From the NCBI GenBank assembly GCA_003427395.1, contig BFEA01000035.1:2073224-2137223 (forward strand): a stretch of DNA of 64,000 bases, written 5' to 3'. A program made the position numbers and the translations under genes. Within the stretch, counting starts at the first letter, position 1, and each line of letters starts with the position of its first letter. The notes under the pieces were generated by a model. The model had not been told where the DNA came from. It worked only from the letters and a program-made list of their open reading frames with translations, and did no database searches. Positions 50,007 to 63,017 of the stretch are shown here, piece by piece. The DNA is from Chara braunii (Eukaryota > Plantae > Charophyceae).

Positions 50007-50432
50007 GGGTCTCGTTCGACACCACTAGAGAACCCTAGAGTCTCAAGTGCACCCTAACCCGGAAATAGTGATTAAAAAATACTTACTGCAATCTTCGTTC
50101 CATGTGCAGTTCACAAAATGCTTGAAACGGCCGCGCTTGATACTGAACTCCACGGCTTGACCAATCCTGGACCAGGATTGCCTTTTGGGAAAAAAGAAAA
50201 ACAAAAAAAAAGCCCCACTTGGAGTGCTGGCAGTACCCGCTGGCACTCGAACTCAAGGCTCCCGGGGAAGGTACCTTGAGCTCAAGTGCGAATTTGCCCC
50301 GGCAGCACTTGAGTTTCGAGGGCTAGCACTAGAGAGCCGGAGAGTAGAAAGGACTCCGCGGCCAGGTTAGGGTGAGGTCAAACGAAGAAATTTCCTTCAA
50401 CCCTTGAGTTCAAGTGGTGTCGAACGAGGCCC
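50007..50432. mobile_element. PIF/Harbinger-type (Tourist-like) MITE
   Basis: TIR gggtctcgttcgacaccact/agtggtgtcgaacgaggccc; 3-bp TSD aat; the TIR core ctcgttcgacac is shared with the large element at 51195. Confidence 0.9.
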
Positions 50433-51900
50433 AATGTCTGGGCATTCTTTGTGCGCACAGGCGGTAGCCAATATTTGTTGTTAAACCACCAGTACTTCTG
50501 GAAGTCAATGGCGGGCATGCGCCCAGCCAACGTTTCCCCTTGAATGAATTTATGCCAGTTCCCCAGGCCCGCACATTTGGCTGCCAGGTTTGGAAGTACT
50601 AGTTTAAACCACTAGTACATCCGAAAAAGCAGATTGAGCCTCTCCTAAAAAATTGGAGGCCATGGACCGTAGATAAAATGAATCCGTGGTTCACTGACCT
50701 AGCACAGCTACATCTGCTTAAAATAGTAAGGATGCACTCACACCCGCAGTATGTCAAATGTATCTGACCACATTCACGGCCATACCTGGATGTATCTGGC
50801 CGGAATTCCTTCCAAAATACGTAAAAAAGTCCTAGTGTGAGTATGCCCTAAGACCATATACTCATAAGACACTGGAAAATAGTTCCAGGCAGAAAAAGAC
50901 ATCCTTTTTTTTGCAGTTTCTCTACAAGTAAAAAGACATCAGTTGCAAAAAAAAAAAAGACATCAGTTCCTGCTGTGCCTATCTCTACCCAGTGTGCAGA
51001 AGCAGGCTGAAAATGTCAGGCGACATCCTGTTTTATGGAAAAACAAAGGTACAGTGCCTGTCACAACCTTCTGACAGTGTTGCACAGCTTTTTGCAGTCT
51101 GCAGTATTCACAGTGAACTCTCGTGGAACAACCTTCCCTTGTTGTCAATCAGCCACTCAATTTTGACAGCATTTCTGCCTTCTTCTTTTTCTTCGGGGCT
51201 CGTTCGACACTCCTCGGGGCCCGAAATTCCCCAAGGAAATTGTCGTTCCACTCATCCTCGGGGAAGATTCGGAAAAGAAAATGTGAAAACATTTCCTCGG
51301 GGATTCCTCGGGGCTACAGCCATTTTGCCGATTTCCCCAAGGGACCTCCCGAGGTCCCTTGGAGGTCGAGCATCCGGAAGAATCGGGGTGTCGACGGCAG
51401 CTCCCTCGAAGACATTTTTCGATCCCGTCTGGTTCGTCGGTGGTCCTGCCTGCGTCTCCACGGACATGTTGGGTCGCCAACGTTCGGCTTCATGTGGTTC
51501 ATCCCCAACGGTGACCGCTTGCGGCCTGCCGGCATCCCCGACGTCCAGAAGGTGTCGTCTCGCGTCGTCGCGTTTGGCATGCCGCGGGAATTCTCCCAAC
51601 GGTCGGCAGATACGAATATTTCAGGCGGCACTGTCTCTCCGAATGACGCACTGCTGTTCGTTACCGAAGACGACACCTTCCGTTTGTTGGAACGACCGTT
51701 TGCAGCACTGTACTTCGCTGTTATGTTGGCGCCCGCGTTGTCTTCTGTCTGCTGCCGTCGTCGTCTACTGTTTCATGGCTGACGTGTTCCGCAGGCTGCC
51801 GCTGCTGCTTCTGGTTGTCCTGTTGCTGCTCCTCGTGGTTGTCTTCCACGTGTATATCCTCGGGAACGTACCGCGGCGTCGACGCAAAAGAAGGTCTTCG

Positions 51901-53658
51901 ATGAAGGACTCCAGGACGGAGGCACGGCAGGCGATCGCCAGGTCCGGAGGGGAGCAGGTCAGCGGGAGGTGGTGCGGGGGAAGCCCGTCAACTATTGGGA
52001 GGGCGTCCCAGCGGGTTGGGTATGAGGCATTGCCACCGCACTTGCAACCACTCCCCGGCTCATCAGACGAGGAGGAGGAGGAGAGACGGCCACGCACCGT
52101 GTCGTTGGGCCGCGGATCGACGCAGGAGTGGGAAGTTATGGAGCTATGCGGGACGGGCGGCGGCGTGTACGAGCAGTCGTTCACTGAACTCCTTCGCCCG
52201 GGCCTTAGAGGCGACAAAGGAGATGGCCGGGTCAACCTGTGGTCTGGCCTGTCCACCGGGCGGTCCTCAACTCCATCGCGCACAGCCCTTGTGCACCCCC
52301 AGGGTCCCCCACCCCGACGACGACGACGGGCAATTGACGGTTGTCGACCGATCATCGAAGACGAGGGCGTTGGCGCGCGATACGACGGGAGCGAACCCGA
52401 ACTCGTCGACGCAGCAAGCACGGGCGCCCTCTCTGTCCAGGGCCGCCCAGGCTCGGCCCCACTGGATCCAGTCGCCGTCTCCCCTGTCTGCGGCATCCGA
52501 AGTGGCCCGCCGCCGTGGCGGGAGCGTCGACGCCGGGACGGACTTCTTTGACGTTGGTGTGATCGGGACGGGAGGGAGGTGTGGAAGGAACACCGACGGG
52601 AGCTTCGGGCGCGGCGAGAGGAATCCATCACACGGGGGCTGGAGCGTCTTTGTGTGGGTGACCGGGAGAAGGAAATGGACGATCCACCTGCGGAAGCAGA
52701 CGACAACGACGGGGAAGGCGGGGAAAGGGGGGGCGGTTACGTGTCGCCGTCCTTGCAGAGCGACATGGTTCGTAAGGGCGGGAAGTCGAAGCCTTCCGGC
52801 CACAATGGTCGTCCGCGGGCGAAGAAAGGTCAGGGAAAGGGGAGCGGTGGCGACGGCGACGGTGATGCGGAGGAGAAGCGCAACTTCTGGTCCGTCGAAC
52901 ATATTATAGCCCTCATAAGGGTAAAACGTGACCAAGGTGCGCATATGCAGGGGATGGGGCATGTGTACGCCCGGATGAAACCGCGGGAATGGAAATAGCA
53001 AGACGTCGCTCAAAGATTGAAGAACGTGGGCGTGGACAGGGATGTCGAGAAATGCGGGGAGAAGTGGGACAATCTGATGCAGCAGTTCAAGAAAGTCCAT
53101 CATTTTCAAACGTCATCCGGGGGGGGGGACTTCTTCCAGTTGACGGCCAAGGAGAGGACGAGCAGGGGCTTCAATTTCACTATGGATCGTGCTGTTTACG
53201 ATGATATAGAGGGGTCGACCGGGATGAACCATACCATCCACCCGAAGAACGTGGCAGACACTAGTGCTTCTGGCGGTGTTCGTCTGCCATCGACATCGAA
53301 CGCGGATCCTGAATCGTTGGCAGATGGGGATGGAGGTGCGGGGCGAGAAGACGACGACGAGGGGTTGACGCGAGGTTCTTCCCAGACGACGGGTACCCCC
53401 CCTGGTTTTGGGAAGAGGAAGAGCACGAGGCAGCAAACTTTCGACGCGCTGACGGAATGCATGGAGAAGCACGGGGTGCTAATGGCGTCGACGATGGAGA
53501 GTGCGAGCAAGCGGCAATGCTCCATCCAGGTCCGACAGTGCGAGGCTTTGGAAGCTGAAGTGGAAGTGCAGAGGAAGCACTATGCTGCTCCGGACGAAGT
53601 CAACAAACTCATGTGCCACGCGTTGTTGGAAATAGTGAAGGCTATCCGTGAGCGGTAG
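51901..53658 (+). pseudogene. Harbinger-associated Myb/SANT (trihelix-like) DNA-binding protein, frameshifted and with a stop at 52996
   Basis: WSVEHIIALIRVKR...REWK*QDVAQRLKNVGVDRDVEKCGEKWDNLMQQFKKV fits the Myb/SANT-like pattern; coiled-coil-like C-terminus. Confidence 0.85.
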
Positions 53659-53972
53659 AGTTGCTAGGCTGTGTGTTGTGCATTTGTGGCCTCCCGGGAT
53701 GTCGACGACGAGTCCGTAGCAGGCTTCCCCTTTTAGTCGTATTGGTAGGCAGGCTGTCATGGACGCGGCAGGTCGTCATTGGTCGTTCCCGGTCGGCGGT
53801 GACCCCTTGGGGAGGGACACTCGCCATGTGTACAATTTCGTGTTGTGGTTGTGTATGTCGTCTAGTGTTGCGGTGGTCGGAGACGGATAATCCCGTCATT
53901 GGAATTTTAAACGTACGGTGGAAAAGTGTGGAAAGCACTTACCTTTTTCTTGTACTTGATGTTCTTCGACTG

Positions 53973-54028
<56 letters not shown>

Positions 54029-54503
54029 NNNNNNNNNNNNNNNNNNNNNNNNNNNNNNNNNNNNNNNNNNNNNNNNNNNNNNNNNNNNNNNNNNNNNNNN
54101 NNNNNNNNNNNNNNNNNNNNNNNNNNNNNNNNNNNNNNNNNNNNNNNNNNNNNNNNNNNNNNNNNNNNNNNNNNNNNNNNNNNNNNNNNNNNNNNNNNNN
54201 NNNNNNNNNNNNNNNNNNNNNNNNNNNNNNNNNNNNNNNNNNNNNNNNNNNNNNNNNNNNNNNNNNNNNNNNNNNNNNNNNNNNNNNNNNNNNNNNNNNN
54301 NNNNNNNNNNNNNNNNNNNNNNNNNNNNNNNNNNNNNNNNNNNNNNNNNNNNNNNNNNNNNNNNNNNNNNNNNNNNNNNNNNNNNNNNNNNNNNNNNNNN
54401 NNNNNNNNGGGGAGCTGCACCTGCTCAAACCGGGTCCAGCGTGCCACAACAGAGAATTCACTCATCTATGCATGCCCCCAGACTCGGGGGCGGGCTCTAT
54501 AGC

Positions 54504-54541
54504 CTGTCTCTTATACACATCTAGATGTGTATAAGAGACAG
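54504..54541. other. Nextera mate-pair junction adapter (Tn5 mosaic-end palindrome), an assembly artefact
   Basis: Exact CTGTCTCTTATACACATCT followed by AGATGTGTATAAGAGACAG, about 95 bp from a gap edge. Confidence 0.97.
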
Positions 54542-55011
54542 GCTGAGCACGACGGTGAGTGCATGGTGGGTCATTCGATGCCAGCGACGATGTGGATCTG
54601 AAGGGGTTCTGGGGTTGGGTACATTCAAATTCCCTTTCTTCTCATTTGCTAAAACTTGGGGGGGGGGGGGGGGGGGCACAAAGGGCAGGAGGGGGCCTCT
54701 CTGTTCCCAAAGCTGGGGGGCGCGCGGCCCCACCAAGATCATGACTACGCAGTCGCGTGGGGAGGGGGGGGGGGGGGGGGTTGGAATCGGATGGGGGGCA
54801 GGCTTCCTTTCGTCTGTCCGTGGGGATGTCCGTTTTCGAAGCCTGCATGGAAGGAGGGTGTCACATCGCCCTCCCAATCCCCATCGACGGTGACCTGTAC
54901 GCCACCGTCGTTTGGATGGAAAACTTGTAGCACTGTCGTCCAAAGGGCGGGTCGCCATCACTCCACGCCACCGTCCTCCGCGCACATTAGCACATAAGCA
55001 GGCCGCAGTCC

Positions 55012-55106
55012 TCCCGATACGCATTTACGATGTGCGCACGGGGTGTCAACACTGCAGACCCCGATACGCATTTACGATGTGCGCACGGGGTGTCAACACT
55101 GCAGAC
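55012..55106. repeat. Tandem duplication of about 47 bp
   Basis: cccgatacgcatttacgatgtgcgcacggggtgtcaacactgcagac occurs twice. Confidence 0.9.
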
Positions 55107-55523
55107 GACTTCATTCTCGCCATCTCGTCCTCAACTTTCAGGCACTGCTGTCTTCTCGCCTGGTCCCACCGCGCGGACATTGATTCACGGATGCTCTCAT
55201 CGTCGACCACCTCGCCGTCTAGTCGGACTCATCGTCTGCCATTTTCGGGGCCCTGCATCGTCTCGCCGTCATTCCTCGTCGCCGCCCTGTGCTCACACAG
55301 ATCTGCGGCCGTACTAGACATCTTTCCGCCTCGGCAACCTGTAGTCTTCGCGCCATCTTTCCTTCTCGCCGCACTGCACTCCTCCGCCGCCCCCTAGTCA
55401 TCGCGCCATCGTTCCTTCTCGCCGCTTTGTACTCATCTCGCCATCTTTCCTTTTCGCCACCCCGCGGTCTTCGTGCCCAGAAGTTTAGCGAGTGTCATCG
55501 GAGGCGCGTTTGTGGGAACCGCC

Positions 55524-57152
55524 ATGTCGTTCCGTGGACGTGGATGGGGGAAGGGTGCCTTGAACCAGGTCATGGAGGTCACAGCTCCCGCGAAAAAGGG
55601 AAGCCATCAAGTGAAGAAGCAGAGGAAGGTCGTCCAAGGCGGGGGCGTAGGTAGTGCGCGAGACTTTAACGACGAGGTGGTGGAGGAGGAGGAGATGATG
55701 AACGAGGACGACGACTTCGAAGAGGAAGAGGAACAATCGCTAAAGAGGAAGCCAAGGGCAAGTTCCACGGGAGGGATAAGAATCAACGAGGGGGGGGACG
55801 GGACACCTTCCGCACGGCACGACGGTGGGGGTGTCGCAGGTGGACACCCTGACTTTATCGACGTTGAACGCGATGAGCCAAGGAGGGAGATCAAGGGGCG
55901 TGTGAAGGAACGGGCCGCCGTGCATGAATCTGCGCAACGCATGCAAACGCCCTCGAAATGCCTCAATACCCCGCCTGTAGACGTGGCGGGTAGTTCCCAA
56001 CCGGCGGTCCAAGGTGGGGCGTCGGTGGTGCCGCGCGGAGGCGCTGTCACGACGGTGGGGGAGGCGGGGGAAGTTCCGAAGGCAGGGGATGGCAGGGTGG
56101 TTGGGGAAGACGACGAGGCTCTGTTGCACAGGCTGCGCGGGACACGTGCGGTGTCACATGCTATGGATGCTACCACCAAACTTTGGAAGGACGACACACG
56201 ATTCTGGAACGAGATGCAGGGGAGCGCCATAGTGAAGATCATCCAAGAAGCGAGCGCGTATCTCGTGGCAGTGGCGCGGGAAGTGCAGCCTCCGGCTATT
56301 CGACGGAGCATCTCCCTTCCACACAACACCATCCCCCAGCACAAAATCGAGGATGAATCGGAGTTCAATGCGGCGAAAGAGAGGGCGTTGAAGGTGTAGA
56401 CAGTCTCGCTGAGGGCGATCCACGGTTGGGTCTTCAAGTCCGAGAGTAGACAAAGGGGGTATCACTTGGCGTACCAGTACGCCTTGAATCATGCAGCCAC
56501 TGCCATCGCTAGAGTGATGTGGTCAGCAGAGGACTGGCGCATTTCGGTCAGCCCGATGTTATTCCGCACCACTCTGGACGTGGATATGAAGTTGCCTTTG
56601 TGGTTTGTTGGCGCGAACATAGTGGACAGGCATGAGGACGACGAGTGCGCGGCTTACCAGGAAGCTTGTGTTCAGCGTCTGGTGCGGGATTTTACGAGCG
56701 TAGTGGGCACGGTCGAAGCGATGGACGGCGGTCGTGTATCGTACGAGCGTCTGAAGGCCATGGCAGAGGCGATGAGGTACTTGCTGCCCGCAACAATGTG
56801 GATAATGCGAATGGCAGGGGACGATCCAAGATCTCATTACGACGCTTGGGTTTTCGTGCAACTCTCTGCGAAGACGACGCTGCTTGCGTCCATGAACCGT
56901 CAATTCGACGCCCGCTGCCACATCATGCAAGTCGCGCAAGTCATGACGGACAAGTTGGGGAGACCGCCTCCGACCTTGGCCCCCCCACCTGTCTACATCC
57001 TTGATTGGGTGTCAAAGTGCGGAGTCACTTTCTCGCACGACGCGACGTTGGCCTCCTCGATGGAGGCGAAAAGGTTGGATTGGCTGGGGACAGGCCCCCC
57101 CAAGGACAAGGGTGAGGACGACGACGGTGCTGACAAAGGCCAGGGGGGGTGA
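55524..57152 (+). pseudogene. Third ORF of the Harbinger element, about 540 codons, unknown function, one in-frame TAG at 56397
   Basis: ORFs 55473-56399 and 56466-57152 are in one frame; disordered acidic/basic N-terminus and a globular-looking Trp/Tyr-rich C-terminal half. Confidence 0.72.
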
Positions 57153-58789
57153 TGCGCATAACATCGCGAGAGGGAAGGGGATGACACCGTCACTTCTTTG
57201 ACGACGGCAGCAAATGCAAGCAGTCACTCCACGCCAAGCAGAAAGTGTAAATACTTTGCGTGCTCGGCCGTGGGGTGACGATTCGCGAACGTTCTCTATT
57301 TCGCCACGACCTGTCCAGATCGTAGGTAGAGGAGGAAGGGGGATTGCGGGAAGGGGGGGGGTTGGGGTTAGGGGCTTTTATGCGGGCCATGGGGTGGGTA
57401 CTGAAAGGGCTTATGGGGGAGACGGGGGCTTGTGGCAGCGTGGGTGGTTGTGTTTGGGGCCGGAGTAGATGAGCAGGCAAGTATCATGGGCGGCGGCAGC
57501 TTCATTTTTGTGGGCCCGGTTGTCGTTCAACCATTGTTGTGTATTATTGTGTAGTCCTCGGCGATTTTTTTTTTTTCTTTTCGTTTATTGGGTCTTGCCA
57601 TGTTAATGTTTTGTCTATCGACCGGACAAACAAATGTGCAATGCTGGTAAACCGAACGTCCTTCCGATTACTGATCTTGATGATCTTCACAACCATGCGT
57701 TGTTTTTGTTTTCAATCGATCCTTCAATTTTTATAAAGCGTATGTGAGGCCGGGTTGGTTTGTTCTCATATTGAATGCTGATTGTTGATGGCGAGAAAGT
57801 GATGCATCCAACTATGTTTTCATCTTTCTAGTTATCAAACATCCAATCCATGCATTCGTCTTCCTTTCCATCATTCCAGGAACTGATTGTAATGTCAGCG
57901 GGGATTGGAAATGCAAAAAAATGGGAATGGCAAACGTCGATGCAGACAAAGTGATAGACATTCTTCCAAACCACGGACAAAACAACCATGGCGCACCATT
58001 GCAAATGCATGCAATCTGAGTTCCCGCGAACACAGAAATGAAAGAAAAGATGAAGGAACGCAATTCTGCGCACACCAATATAAGCAAAGGACACTCTGTT
58101 GTCAAAAGGGGAAAAGCCTTTTAAGGCAAACGCATTTCCATTTCGCAACCAGATGGATGATCCCCCCCCCCCCCCCCCCCCCCCCGCCCCGAACCCCCCC
58201 CCGATCGACATAACCGTACCCATTGTGCACCGTCATCACAATCAGTATCTCGCCGAATGGCACGTCCAACCGTGCCATGCGGACTCCACCAACGACGACA
58301 TCCACAACCAGGGATTAAACTACCGCACCCAACACTGCGTGTAACCGCGCGCAGTGTTGGGAATAGAACAAGTAAAACAAAAAAATAAAACGAGCCCTGA
58401 AAAACAGAACTTGTCACCGCACACACGAAGACACCTACACGCACTTCCCGCGAGAGACCCGTCATGCACTTCTCGCAACAACGACGCTACCACGGGTAAC
58501 ACGGGTCGACTACTGCGCAACAAAACGGAATATGACTCCCTAAAGGACGGCGACGTGGATTATACCCGGATGATGCAGACTGCGCCTGACGACAACAATA
58601 CAGCATATCCCGACGACAATAGACTTGACGGCATCATCATCGTCAAGATACGGCACCGCCAGTGGATGTGGGAAGCGGACCTCCCCTTCCCGCCGCAAGA
58701 TCCCTTCGATGCTTCCCCGTTTCACAAAGCTCCGTTCTTCCGCCTCATTACGGTCATATTGGGGTCTCCACCTGCACGCACGGCCATCC

Positions 58790-60355
58790 TCACTGGGCAC
58801 TCATCCGCTCGGCCAGCGCGTCCCTCAATATCAGCGCATCCCCCGTTGATGACTCCATGCACACCGGCCTCAGTGGCTGATGCATCCCAAGATTGACTCT
58901 ACGACGCATGCCGCCCGGACCCACCTCCCACAACAGATTGTCGTCAAACGGGATGCCTACGTCGATGAGTATGTTGTGGAGGATGCAGACGGCGACAAAT
59001 TGCTGCGGCAAGGTCTCCATGTTGCACTTGTCGGTGCGGAGGAACAACCTCCACATCCCCTTCAGTCTGCCAAACGCCCTCTCCACTGCTCCCCTAGCTG
59101 TCTTCTGTTTGTTGTCGAAGCGTGCCTCCGACGGGTGCTACGCGAGACCACCGTAAGGGACGACTATCCATTCGGACTGGGGATAACTGTTATCGCCGAC
59201 CAAGTAGCCATTAGTCCGCACTCCGAAAGGCAGCATCACAGGCGGCCCAGTGAAAAGTTGTCCTTCCTCTACGCGCGCCCACAAACTGGACAGGTTTAGC
59301 ATCCTCATGTCATGCACACTGCCCGGGTAACCGACGAAGACGTCCAGCACACGCAATTTCATGTCGACGACCACCTGCGCCTGCATGGAGAATCGACGTT
59401 TCCTGTCGCAGTAGTCCTCCCCGTTGGCGTTGGCGGGTTTGTCGATGTAGATGTGGGTGCAGTCGATGCACCCATGGCAGTTTGGAAAACCCTTGTCTGC
59501 GAACGCGCGCAAGACGACCGCCTTCTGCAAACCTGTGGGCCAGGATATCTTATCTGGGTACGCAGTAAGCAATGCCGCAGTGACGTCCCGCACCGCCGTG
59601 ATGCTGGAAGACCTGCCAATGTCGAAGCTACACGTCCTGATGTCGTATGTCTCCCCCGTTGCCCACCTATACAGAGCGTAGGCGATGATGTGGTCCGGCT
59701 GCAAGGGCACCCTGTAGAACGTCACACGGCGTTGCCGGAGTGGGGAAAGAGTCTCCGCGATCTCGCGGAAAACACGAGGCGACATTCGAAGCTTGTACTT
59801 GAAGTAGTCATCTGTCGCGTCATCACATTGCCGCAGATCCTCCCACGTACCTCCCGTCCGCCGCTTCATCCACCACCTTGGAGCCGCCCGTGGAAACGCG
59901 CCGCACCCCATCACGTAGCAGACCTGCAGCACCGCGTCGGAAATGGCACCGACGTCCAAGCACTGGCCACTCGTCGGCAGCGTCGACAGCTTGCGGCGTG
60001 CATGAATGGCCGCTTTGAACTTCCCCTCGCTGCTCACCATTTGGCAACGGAAAAGGACGACATTCACCGCCGCAGTGACAGGCGTCCTCTCTGCCGTCGT
60101 CAGACCGTCACGCCCGGCCTCGCCATCAATATCCATCCCCGACACCGCTTCCAAGGACATCACGTCAATAACAACACACGACTGCACAAACGCCGCCACG
60201 TGGAAGAACACAGCGCTGCCTCTGCAGACAACCTTGGACGCCACGCACTGACGACGGTAGTGTGCGACGATGGTGAGAATTCGATGTCGTCTCTGGTTCT
60301 GTGCAAGCGTAGACCTGCGTACTCTTCGACGACAACCGCCGGCCACCACCGTCAC
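58790..60355 (-). pseudogene. PIF/Harbinger (DDE_Tnp_4, HARBI1-like) transposase with one in-frame stop at 59138-59140
   Basis: LRMSPRVF, GCIDCTHI, YPGSVHD, YLVGDNSYP, VERAFGRLKGMWR, CILHN; the two ORF pieces are in frame. The true start may be a downstream Met. Confidence 0.93.
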
Positions 60356-60780
60356 TTATGGGAACGCCCCGAACACCAGACGCTGATGCAATCGGGTGTG
60401 AAACGTGCGTCCATTGTGCGCCACCAATCGCAGAGCAAGATTTCGAATTTCGAATTTTGAACTGTGGCCGTGCGCGCCATTTCCAATGGCCCCTTTTTTG
60501 TATTCTTTTTTTTTTTTGGGTTTCCCGCCGTGATTCGAATTCGCGACGGCCAACAGAGGTGGACCAACGCCGTCCGCACGGACACAACTCGCTGGACCAC
60601 CCTCACCCGCCCCCCCCCGTCCGCTTGTGGATATATAAATCTGGCCGCGAGAGCCCCGAGGAATCGTCCTCGGGGGACGACTCCGAGGATGAGTGGAACG
60701 AAGGCGGGAATTTCCTCGGGCGACTCCAAGGAATCGTCCTCGGGGCCCGAGGACGGCCCGAGGAGTGTCGAACGAGCCCC

Positions 60781-62500
60781 TAATTCTGGAGTAAGATTCC
60801 TTTCATCATGAATTTTTTATTTTATTTTTTGAAAAGAAAAACCAACTTTCTTCTTTCAATTTCACCTCACACTACCTACCTACCACTACTCCTAATTGTT
60901 GGCGTACAGGGAACCCTGTAGCAGCCAGAACACGAGAGAACATGCGGGGGCTGCTCCCGACCTGCAGGTGGGCGATACCTTTACAACGATCAGGATTAAT
61001 TATGGAGTAAGATTCCTTGTATCATTTTATTTTTTGAAAATAAAAGCTATTTTCTTCTCTCAATTTCACCTCACACTACTTACCTACCACTACTCCTTTT
61101 TTTTTTTTTTTGGAAATCAGGGCCCAGTGCCCAAGGCTCTTATTAGAAATTTGAATACATGGCAGACACACGCCTCTGCCCATGAGGCCTGGAAGAGCCA
61201 CGGCCACTGCTCCCCATAGAGACAGGTTCCCTGTACGACAAGAATGGAGAACGAAGATTGGGAACTGAGCATTGATTGCTTCCCCAGGAGGGAAGGATTA
61301 ACTCAGCCCCCTGGACAACCTACCTCTGCCCTTCAGTACCAAACCAGTAATGATCAATCCCTAGAAAACAAGATTTCGGGGGAAGATACAGCAGGGCAAA
61401 TCAATCGAGGGGATCCCAGATCCCAGTCACAAACCCTAAGTGAACATGACCCAAAGTAGAAGAGGAATCAAACACATCAGAGGCGGGAGGGAAAGGGGGA
61501 GAGAGAACGAATAGCCTGTCTTCCTCCCCCCGAATCCCACGGAAACTGCTCATCAGCTCACCACCCCACGGCACATCGCCAGGTCAGCATCCTCCCATTC
61601 ACAACAAACCCTCGGCTAACCTTCGGCCCTAGCAGGCCACCCTCCAGCCCAAGCTGAGTCTCCCACAAAGAGAGAACTGAAAGAGACTGGGTCATACTTA
61701 CCATAGTAGCTGTCACAGGGAGAGATATCGGCGGCATGATGATTGTATCAAGCGATGTGAGCAATTTGGATGTTGTGGAATGTTGTATTCCAGATATCTT
61801 CGTTAATAGCCCCGTTGTTGTTATTTGATGGAGCGGTGATGCTGAAGATGTCTTCGTCATGAGTGCTGTTGATAAGGATGGAGAAGTATCCGTTGTTGTT
61901 GTTGTCACAGAATCGATTGTTGATGCTGAAGATGTCCTCGTCATAACCTCAGTTAATATGGATGAAGAAATTGCCGTTGTTGTTGATGATGAACTCAATG
62001 CATTTGCTGTTGATGCCTTCGTGTGATCCTCTGTCAATGCTGATGGAACTGTTGCGTGTGCTGAAAATGAATTGAATGTTGACATATCCCCCACCACCAG
62101 CAGTTGTGTCAGCTTCGCTGTTATCGCTCGCTCTTTGGCCTCTCCAGCCTGTCGCGTTGCCTACTCCTAATTGTAGGCATACACGGAACCCCGTAGCAGC
62201 CAGAACTGTGTTCAAGAGAGAACATGCGGGGGCTGCTCCCGACCTGCAGGTGGGCTATACCTTAACAACGATCAGGATTAATTCTGGAGTAAGATTCCTT
62301 AATTCTGGAGTAAGATTCCTTGTATCATGAATTTTTTATTTTATTTTTTGAAAAAAAAGCTATTTTCTTCTCTCAATTTCACCTCACACTACCTACCTAC
62401 CACTACTCCTAATTGTAGGCATTACGGAGAACCCGTAGCAGCCAGAACCGTGTTCACGAGATAGGGGGCTGCTCCTGACCTGCAGGTGGGCGATACCGGC
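60781..62500. repeat. Tandem repeat of about 215 bp (three copies), the second interrupted by a retroposon
   Basis: ggagtaagattcctt...caatttcacctcacactac...ggggctgctcc.gacctgcaggtgggc recurs. Confidence 0.85.
61098..62160 (-). mobile_element. 5'-truncated poly(A) retroposon with a Thr/Ser-rich ORF (61558-62097)
   Basis: Poly(T) to about 61112; TSD ctactcct at 61090-61097 and 62161-62168. Confidence 0.8.
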
Positions 62501-63017
62501 TAGGGGACAGCCCATAATCTCTTAATCTCTGTTCTCATTTTTTTTATTTTTTTTTAGTTTTTATTTCGTACAGCCGGGGAAGGACTGTAACCCCCATTGG
62601 GAGGGCATACTCCCACATGTCCCCGAGATTCTGTATCCAGATGCTTTCACATCCCAGTGCGTTGTTGCTTCTTTTGTTCTCTTCCAATGTTTTTTTTTTT
62701 TTTTTTCATTTCCGAAGTGTACAAGAAATGAAAACAGCGTGGGAGGGGACCACACGAAAGTGGGTTGGCGCTAAGCAGCACTAGCGCTAAACACAGCAGT
62801 TGAGTAGGGCAGCACGCTAGACCTGCACATGCTTATCTGACCCCGCCCTGCCCACCCTGTCAGGTCCTGTGGCTATGGTTGCTGCAAGGAAAAGGTATCA
62901 TAGATCCACCTCCTCCTTGAGTGGGGGCGGTAGCGCCTTTGTGCTCAGGGCTATGATATCCTGGCAGACCTCTACAAGTACAAGCACATCTCACCAATTC
63001 CATCAATTACACCGAAT

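Larger units (their letters stand above)
51195..60780. mobile_element. PIF/Harbinger DNA transposon, about 9.6 kb, three ORFs
   Basis: Perfect 24-bp TIR ggggctcgttcgacactcctcggg (51195-51218 and 60757-60780); cctcgg/ccgagg subterminal repeats; TAA on the right flank only; encodes a Myb/SANT protein and a DDE transposase. Confidence 0.88.

Noticed and set aside
50992-51900. N-terminal part of the 519-aa ORF 50992-52551 and the many overlapping GC-rich ORFs in 51000-60800
   Set aside because: They cross the TIR or shadow the real transposon ORFs; stops are rare in GC-rich DNA.
54504-54541. 38-bp perfect palindrome as a biological Tn5 end or regulatory hairpin
   Set aside because: It is exactly the Nextera mate-pair junction adapter.
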